This document shows, in pieces, positions 57,780-64,000 of a stretch of DNA of 64,000 bases. A program made the position numbers and the translations under genes. How positions within the stretch are numbered: the first letter of the stretch is position 1; every line of letters begins with the position of its first letter. Source of the DNA: a virus (Duplodnaviria > Caudoviricetes); IMG/VR virus record IMGVR_UViG_2895548450_000001, positions 1 through 64,000 of that record. One strand, written 5' to 3'. The notes under the pieces are model-generated. The model was not told where the DNA came from. It ran no database searches and was given only the letters and a program-made list of their open reading frames with translations.

Positions 57780-58041
57780 ACCCCAACCCAAGTTGGAGCC
57801 TATAACGCTCCAACTTGAGGTTGTATCCTCGCTTCACAAAGCGATTGGGATGCGAATAGATTTCCATACGACTTTTACGTTTGAAGATAACGGAGAGGCC
57901 TTACGGAAGAAATTAGATATGGCTGAGAGTAGCTTCAGCCGATTACGACGCGGTACTAAAGAAATAACTTTGACAGACTTACAAATTCTGGCAGAATTCT
58001 TTAATACTAGGGTAATAAATATTATTAAAGCTAATTTTTAA
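57763..58041 (+). CDS. XRE-like HTH protein
   Basis: LRKKLDMAESSFSRLRRGTKEITLTDLQILAEFFN. Confidence 0.75.
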   Translation: MSSNTKPQPKLEPITLQLEVVSSLHKAIGMRIDFHTTFTFEDNGEALRKKLDMAESSFSRLRRGTKEITLTDLQILAEFFNTRVINIIKANF

Positions 58042-58067
58042 TTACTCAAACAATCAGGAAATTGACG

Positions 58068-58760
58068 ATGCAACTGCACAAAGACCCCGCACCCCTCGGG
58101 CACTACGGTATCCATGAGGACGACGGTGTAAATTATCTCTATCAAGATATTTGTCCCCACGGCTGGAACTTTATCGGCCTAAGTACAAAATCAAATCTCA
58201 CTGTAAAACCGCTTAAAAACCAGTGCTCACATAATATCAATGTGAATCTGGCCACGCGTAAACTCAGTAAAATCCATTTGGCTAAGTTCAACAACATCGT
58301 GGCCGATCCTTTGGTTCAAGCAATGTTACCGGTCCCTAATGGTAAGACTTACTTTCTGGATGCGAATAAGTTCCCCGACGCTGCGGTATGGCTTGCGTGT
58401 CTTGAGCGTTTGAATTCTCCACTTCATACATGGGTTAAGCCTTTGTTTGCGGTGAGCATGAACCATGCGCTGAAGCATATTGATAAGACCAACATTCACC
58501 CTATGGTCTTTGTCGACCTTAAGGGCACTGACACGGAAGAGGTTCTTAAGCTTGCAACTGCAGCTCGTACTTCACCCCGCACGGTTATCTTTTGTGGTGA
58601 TCCCTCAATGGTGCTTCCTAAGCATATTGAACGCTTGGATACGAAGCTCGATGAGCTTACGACGTTGCAAGATTTGATTAGCCTTCCACTGGAACACCTA
58701 GGGAGCTATATCCTTTCGGAATACTGCAAAGGAACACGTTCCTTTTCGAAAGTCGCGTAA
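58068..58760 (+). CDS. Hypothetical protein
   Basis: Motif-linked ATG. Confidence 0.7.
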   Translation: MQLHKDPAPLGHYGIHEDDGVNYLYQDICPHGWNFIGLSTKSNLTVKPLKNQCSHNINVNLATRKLSKIHLAKFNNIVADPLVQAMLPVPNGKTYFLDANKFPDAAVWLACLERLNSPLHTWVKPLFAVSMNHALKHIDKTNIHPMVFVDLKGTDTEEVLKLATAARTSPRTVIFCGDPSMVLPKHIERLDTKLDELTTLQDLISLPLEHLGSYILSEYCKGTRSFSKVA

Positions 58761-58804
58761 CAATAAGAGCAACTAATAAATTGACGATAAGAGACACGAA
58801 AGCC

Positions 58805-59146
58805 ATGTTGAAATTTTCAGAAAGACTCGCGCTAATCAAGAATGCCCTAAAAGAGAAAGGGCTTAGCCAGAAGGACGTAGCCCAAGCTTTAAACAGCAAC
58901 CAAGCTAAAGTCTCTCTGGCGTTATCTGGCACTAAAGAAATCCCTATGGAGTTTCTTCTAGAGCTGTTACGTGAGTCTGAATACCCCATTGAAAAGGTCT
59001 TCCCCACTTTGCAACGTGATTTGAAGGATATTGTCACTTTGCTCGAGAAAGGGGCCAGTCAACAGGCAACGGTAAATTTACTTAATTTGATGAAATTGAC
59101 TAACCACTATGACAGACCTCAAGAAGATACCAAAGCAGCCAGCTAA
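58805..59146 (+). CDS. XRE-family HTH protein
   Basis: LKEKGLSQKDVAQALNSNQAKVSLALSG. Confidence 0.85.
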   Translation: MLKFSERLALIKNALKEKGLSQKDVAQALNSNQAKVSLALSGTKEIPMEFLLELLRESEYPIEKVFPTLQRDLKDIVTLLEKGASQQATVNLLNLMKLTNHYDRPQEDTKAAS

Positions 59147-60587
59147 CGAAATTTGGTTCGATATGAATGACGTATATGACAGACGCGATTCACTGTCATT
59201 GCGTGATTATCAAATCGAGCACTTAGGTTTCTCACTGGCGAACCCTCGTTCTATGGACCTCTCAGAGGCCGGTACCGGTAAAACGCCGGCTGGGTGCCTC
59301 TGGGTTTATCACCACACTAAAGATGGTCGCGTTATCTGGACCATGCCTAAGTCTTTACTGGTAAAAAACTACCATGAATTATTACTGTGGTCAGACTTAG
59401 AGCCCCACCAAATTATGGTGATTGATGGTACGCCAGCGCAACGGGCCAAGCAGTTCGCTAACAAAGAAACCAAAGTATTTATGATGGGGTTCGATGCCTT
59501 CGCTAATAATCACAAGGAGATTGTTGAACGATACCCCGACACGTATCACCTATGTGGTGATGAATGGCACTTAGGGTTTAGCACCCACGGAGAACCGCAT
59601 TACCGAAAGCCTAATACTTTTATAGGCCCCCAGCGCACCCACAAAATGTACCAGTATATGAAACGTGGCGGGGACTTATTGATTATGACGGGTACATTTA
59701 TCAATGGCCGGTTGTGTTCAGCATACCCAGGGTTGAAGTTGATTAACCCTCTGTACTATCCAACGTACAACAACTTCATGATGTGGCACGCTATGTTGGA
59801 TGAGTATGGAAAGCCTTTCATGTGGAAGAACCACGACAGGCTGCAAGAGCTTATCGACAAACACAGTAAGCGGGTTACGTATGAAAAAGCTTACGGCAAG
59901 GAAAAGAAAGTTATCGTTGCCGAAATGTGTACTATGTCTAAGTCTCAGGCCAAAGCGTTCAACGATATTAAGCAAAAAGGTATCACTGAACTTGAAGATG
60001 ATTTCTTAGAAGCAGAGAACGAAGCGGTAACTCTGCAGCGGTGCTTTAAGATCATGCAATGCCCTGAAGAGTATGGGTTGAAACATAACGATTCGGACGG
60101 TAAAGACGCTCACCTCATACAGCATCTTGAGACGCACAAGTTCAACGAAGAGCCTTTGATTATCTTCGAAACAGTTGTTGCGGCCCATGTGCGCTATAAG
60201 AAGATATGCGAAAAAATGGGGCTTCGTGCTGAGTATATAAATGGCAGCATAACGAGTCGACGCGGGGAAATAGACCACAAGTTCCGCCATGGTGAAATTG
60301 ATGTGTTGATTTGTAGCCCTGAAGTTGCCGGTGTGGGTTTTAACTGGGGTCACGTAGACCACATGATATTTACCTCGTTTGACTGGCAAGACACTACGTT
60401 TATTCAGAACTATCGAAGAGCGCTTCGTGGTGTTCGTGAGAAAGCCGTGCGAATTACCTTGCTTGTCTATCGTGGTGGCCTAGAGCTTCACGTAGCTAAA
60501 AAACTACTAAATAAATCGAATGACCGTACACAAGTTGAAGAAGGTGTGACGGTTGACCTTGTAACCCCAATAATGCAAGCCGCTTAA
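59109..60587 (+). CDS. Superfamily 2 (SNF2-like) helicase
   Basis: LRDYQ, AGTGKT, DEWH, MTGT, AGVGFN and QNYRRALR motifs. Confidence 0.9.
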   Translation: MTDLKKIPKQPANEIWFDMNDVYDRRDSLSLRDYQIEHLGFSLANPRSMDLSEAGTGKTPAGCLWVYHHTKDGRVIWTMPKSLLVKNYHELLLWSDLEPHQIMVIDGTPAQRAKQFANKETKVFMMGFDAFANNHKEIVERYPDTYHLCGDEWHLGFSTHGEPHYRKPNTFIGPQRTHKMYQYMKRGGDLLIMTGTFINGRLCSAYPGLKLINPLYYPTYNNFMMWHAMLDEYGKPFMWKNHDRLQELIDKHSKRVTYEKAYGKEKKVIVAEMCTMSKSQAKAFNDIKQKGITELEDDFLEAENEAVTLQRCFKIMQCPEEYGLKHNDSDGKDAHLIQHLETHKFNEEPLIIFETVVAAHVRYKKICEKMGLRAEYINGSITSRRGEIDHKFRHGEIDVLICSPEVAGVGFNWGHVDHMIFTSFDWQDTTFIQNYRRALRGVREKAVRITLLVYRGGLELHVAKKLLNKSNDRTQVEEGVTVDLVTPIMQAA

Positions 60588-60677
60588 GGACTATTATGCA
60601 AAAGACAAAAGTTGCACTCGCTGTACAACTTGCGCTGTATACAGACGCATTTCATCAAACCGTTATGGAGAATAAAA

Positions 60678-60947
60678 ATGCCGGAGTTTAAGCCTACGGA
60701 AATGAGAGTTATTCCCGCGCTTTTGAAGTCCAATTTGGATTTTATATCTAAGTCTTTGAAAAATCCTGTGGACCAAGACGAGCATATAATGGAGTACGGC
60801 ATACTCAAAATGCAGCAAAAAATTCAAACTCTCAACAGTAAGGAATTAGAAACCTTCCTAGCTGAATCAAAGGACAATATAGCGACACTAAGAATGGTTT
60901 TAGATGCCGCTGAAAAAGAAATAGCAACATTAGTTGACGAAGGTTAA
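60678..60947 (+). CDS. Hypothetical coiled-coil protein
   Basis: GGAG RBS before ATG 60678. Confidence 0.55.
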   Translation: MPEFKPTEMRVIPALLKSNLDFISKSLKNPVDQDEHIMEYGILKMQQKIQTLNSKELETFLAESKDNIATLRMVLDAAEKEIATLVDEG

Positions 60948-61081
60948 TTAATAAGCTAAGGTTATCATCTATACCTCTTTAAAGGCCGGTATAGCGATAC
61001 TTCGGAGCAAACCGAAGGGCGAAAGCCGAACAAACAGTAATTAATCAAAATGTAATTAATCAAAAAATTAGGAAATTGACG

Positions 61082-62137
61082 ATGAACAATATCGAACAAA
61101 TGATCGCGGCTGCTCAAAATAACGCAGCTCAAGCTACTACTGCTCAACAGGAAACTCAAGTTACCCAGCAAGCCGCGGGTCAAGACTTCCAGCAAGCTAA
61201 CACGGTTCAAGCTAATACTACGCAGCAACAAGCTACGCAGCAACAAGCGAACCCACAGGTTGTGAACCAGACTGAAACTTATACTCAGACTGCGGAAGCC
61301 GCCCCCCAGCAAGCTACCCCACAGGTTGTAAATCAACAAGCTAATACTGCTCAGGTTAACACCCAGCAAGCGAGTGCAATCCCACAGCACTTGCAACAAC
61401 AAGCACAAGCTCAGCAAGCAGCACAAGCTCAACCACAACAGCAAGCTCCAATGGCGGTGAACCCCGTAGGTAATATGAGTATGGATATCCCTGCGAACTT
61501 ACCGCCCGAGTTGGCTAAGTTTATCGGTCAGCGCGAAATGTCGATGGATACCATGTCTAACTCTGACCTATTGGTTCAAGACTGGTTGAAGCCAAGCTAC
61601 CACGGTATGGTTTTAGGTAGCGCTCCTGCAACACTTCTTAACCCGTTCCAGGTTGAAATTGATATGACTGAGAACGTTGGGTATATGCTTTGCCAAATGG
61701 TTCGCTGGACGGTGCCAACACCAACAGGAGACCAAACCAACTATGTTCACACCTACGACGGTTTGACAGGTTCAGATGGTCAACCTTGGGCGAATGCTGT
61801 AATAACAGCTTACCGCGCCCCCACTACGGACCCTAAAAAGCCAAACGTACCGTTCCCAAGTGTTCAGTTACCAATGCGTTTACTTAACGACATTGCTAAC
61901 CAGCAAGGCGCGGTTATCGCTCAGGCAGGGATCATGATTGGTCACACTACGGCCAAGACTGGCTGGCAGAACTGGCAGAACTTCCACAATGCGTGTAAGC
62001 AAGCTGGGTTACTAGGTCAGAAAGTGATTGTTGAAGTGTCTAACCAACCAGTGGCACCAAAAGGTATCACGTATAAGTGGGGGACTCTAGAGTTCAAATT
62101 GATTGGTCCGGCACAAGGCCAAATCGCAGCACAATAA
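61082..62137 (+). CDS. Replication-region protein with Q/A/T-rich N-terminus (possible SSB/annealing protein)
   Basis: About 120 aa of low complexity then a globular domain; between helicase and exonuclease; own terminator. Function is a guess. Confidence 0.55.
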   Translation: MNNIEQMIAAAQNNAAQATTAQQETQVTQQAAGQDFQQANTVQANTTQQQATQQQANPQVVNQTETYTQTAEAAPQQATPQVVNQQANTAQVNTQQASAIPQHLQQQAQAQQAAQAQPQQQAPMAVNPVGNMSMDIPANLPPELAKFIGQREMSMDTMSNSDLLVQDWLKPSYHGMVLGSAPATLLNPFQVEIDMTENVGYMLCQMVRWTVPTPTGDQTNYVHTYDGLTGSDGQPWANAVITAYRAPTTDPKKPNVPFPSVQLPMRLLNDIANQQGAVIAQAGIMIGHTTAKTGWQNWQNFHNACKQAGLLGQKVIVEVSNQPVAPKGITYKWGTLEFKLIGPAQGQIAAQ

Positions 62138-62155
62138 CCTTTTAATTAACTTAAG

Positions 62156-62180
62156 AAGGGTCGGCTTGTCCGGCCCTTTT
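62156..62180 (+). terminator. Intrinsic terminator
   Basis: AAGGGTCGG...CCGGCCCTT then TT. Confidence 0.65.
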
Positions 62181-62199
62181 ACTCTCGGAAATTGACGAT

Positions 62200-63003
62200 A
62201 TGACAAAGCTAAAACTACACGTTTGTGATGGTAATAACCTTCTTCGCCGCAAGTTTGAAAGTGAGGGTCCTAGCTGGGCTATCCTTGCCTACGTTCAGGC
62301 TTGTGCAAATAATTCTCCTAACGGCTCACTCATCTGGGTTTGGGATGGCGCTAACGCTAAAAAGCCTCGCCAAGAAATTCACCCAGCCTATAAAGCCGGT
62401 TCAGATTCTACCGACGAATTCTATCTCTTCATGGATAAGTTCCGTGAATTGCTTACACACTCTGGCTGTATCCAGATTCGATGCGAAGGCCGAGAAGCCG
62501 ATGATGTTATTGCTGAATTGGTAAATACCAAATCGCCTGAAACTGAAATCTTTATCGACAGTAACGACCAAGATTTTCGCCAACTGCTTAGCGACACGGT
62601 AACTATGGACTACGTGAGCGAGAAGCTTAAAGAATTCAAGCCTGATGATATGCGCCTCTACAAAACACTGGTTGGCGATAAATCGGATGCGATTACGGGC
62701 CTCGCACGTTTCGGCCATGGCACGTACCAGAAACTAAATGATTCCGCGAAGTGCTTTCTAGAAGATGCTTTGCAAAGTGATGAGCCTATCACAGCGGAGC
62801 AAGTTGAAGCTGAAGCGGGATTCACAAAAGCTATGGCTGCTCGATTTGTTGAGAGCCGTGATGAGCTGAAGAAGTTCTGGAAGATCATCGGTTTCTTCCA
62901 CGTACCTCAAAGCGAAATTCACGCTGGTACGATTATCGGTAAGCAAGATACCGTAGCGGCCAAAGCTGTCTTCGACGCTTTAGCAATTCCTATCAACTTA
63001 TAG
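62200..63003 (+). CDS. 5'-3' exonuclease / flap endonuclease (PolI N-terminal-like)
   Basis: DGNNL, WDG, YKAG, EADDVIA, SNDQDFRQL and LVGDKSDAITG motifs. Confidence 0.93.
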   Translation: MTKLKLHVCDGNNLLRRKFESEGPSWAILAYVQACANNSPNGSLIWVWDGANAKKPRQEIHPAYKAGSDSTDEFYLFMDKFRELLTHSGCIQIRCEGREADDVIAELVNTKSPETEIFIDSNDQDFRQLLSDTVTMDYVSEKLKEFKPDDMRLYKTLVGDKSDAITGLARFGHGTYQKLNDSAKCFLEDALQSDEPITAEQVEAEAGFTKAMAARFVESRDELKKFWKIIGFFHVPQSEIHAGTIIGKQDTVAAKAVFDALAIPINL

Positions 63004-63034
63004 TGGTTGGGGCTTCGGCCCCTCGAGAACGATT

Positions 63035-63664
63035 ATGAGTAGCACAAATAAAAAGGTCGCTGAGTTCGAAGACTACCCCACCCCTAGAGAACTTGTCGAA
63101 GCCTTATTCAAACATATTGACTGGGACGCGCTTAGGCACTTTGCGTCCTACGACAACCGGCCAGCTCGGTTCCTAGAGCCGTGTCGGGGCCTGAAAAGAA
63201 ATATCTACGACTTGGTACCACCGGACTTTGAAAAGTATTACTGCGAAATTCAAGAAGGTTTGGACTACCTAGAAGCGGAGTTCGACCCAATAAACTTCGA
63301 TATTATTGTAACGAACCCCCCTTTCTCACTCTTTGAAGAATTCGTCACCAAAGCACGAAGCGAAGCTGCAGACCACGGGTTCGTATGCTTCTTAATGCGG
63401 ATTAACGCTTTAGGTACGAAGAAACGAGAACAGTTCTGGGCGGATAACCCGCCGGATAAAATTATTGTCGCTGTACCACGCCCAGACTTTAGTGGTGGAG
63501 GTGGGGATAGCTGCGAGTATGCGTGGTTCTGCTGGGACCCCACAGGGATACTCTTAGTGGACTCTAACGTTGGGCGCCTTAACTGGGATAAACCATCAAA
63601 GCGCAGAAGCAAGAAGATAGACAACCGGAAATTGACTGATGAAAAAGAAAGCCAAACGCAATAA
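63035..63664 (+). CDS. Amino (N6-adenine-type) DNA methyltransferase
   Basis: DYPTP, FLEPCRG, IVTNPPF, EYAWFCW. Confidence 0.88.
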   Translation: MSSTNKKVAEFEDYPTPRELVEALFKHIDWDALRHFASYDNRPARFLEPCRGLKRNIYDLVPPDFEKYYCEIQEGLDYLEAEFDPINFDIIVTNPPFSLFEEFVTKARSEAADHGFVCFLMRINALGTKKREQFWADNPPDKIIVAVPRPDFSGGGGDSCEYAWFCWDPTGILLVDSNVGRLNWDKPSKRRSKKIDNRKLTDEKESQTQ

Positions 63665-64000
63665 GAAATACAACCCTCGAAAGTATATGGACCTAGTTGT
63701 TCGCGACAGGGTGAAGAACTTTGCTATCGCAATGGTTTTAGGTGAAACAAAATATTGCACACTTATTGACTATAAGACCGGCGAGGAACTTAACGTAACG
63801 GTTGATGTGGCCGAGAGTGTTGAGAAGGGTTGTTTCAATTGGTATTACGAATGTTCAGTAGTTTGTCGCGATCAGACAGGTAAAGAATACGTCGTTAGTG
63901 AACCACATTATTTCCAATCGCGTTACCGCCAGTCGGATAAGCGTCTAAATAAGTACCTCAACCAAGTACATGCTGCTTTCAAAGAAAAACAAAATCCCCT
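63639..64000 (+). CDS. Hypothetical protein, truncated by the window end
   Basis: GGAAATTGACTGATG start; MKKKAKRNKKYNPRK... open to the end. Confidence 0.65.
   Translation, partial: MKKKAKRNKKYNPRKYMDLVVRDRVKNFAIAMVLGETKYCTLIDYKTGEELNVTVDVAESVEKGCFNWYYECSVVCRDQTGKEYVVSEPHYFQSRYRQSDKRLNKYLNQVHAAFKEKQNP

Noticed and set aside
60999-61030. c-di-GMP riboswitch-like GCAAACC/GAAA elements
   Set aside because: The required P2/P3 architecture is not evident.

Overview
About 64 kb of a tailed dsDNA phage genome of siphovirus type; a marine gammaproteobacterial host is an inference. Positions 1-33.9 kb (minus strand) carry terminase, portal, protease/scaffold, capsid, neck, tail tube, frameshifted tail chaperones, tape measure, a lambda-like M/L/K/I/J tail tip, three large receptor-binding or carbohydrate-active proteins and a lysis cassette with a GH108 endolysin. 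Positions 34-64 kb (mostly plus strand) carry a D5/P4-type primase-helicase, a long early region of small genes (RadC-like, three DNA methyltransferases, DGQHR/DndB-like, DUF3560-like), DNA ligase, HTH regulators, an SF2 helicase and a 5'-3' exonuclease. No integrase, tRNA, rRNA or CRISPR array was recognised. The main observation: about 40 translation-initiation regions in both arms share the sense-strand motif (TTT)GGAAATTGACGAT. An intergenic locus at about 16368-16445 (minus strand), with a near-consensus sigma70 promoter and its own terminator, would produce a ~78-nt RNA antisense to that motif. This is a candidate genome-wide antisense sRNA regulator, with a candidate decoy RNA near 37.3-37.5 kb. 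Other candidates are an unannotated secreted peptide facing a membrane protein and XRE regulator, and 12 dispersed G6-AACATT-C6 palindromes. All annotation is by eye; no searches were run. Several ORF-track starts were moved from the TTG inside the motif to the adjacent ATG/GTG.
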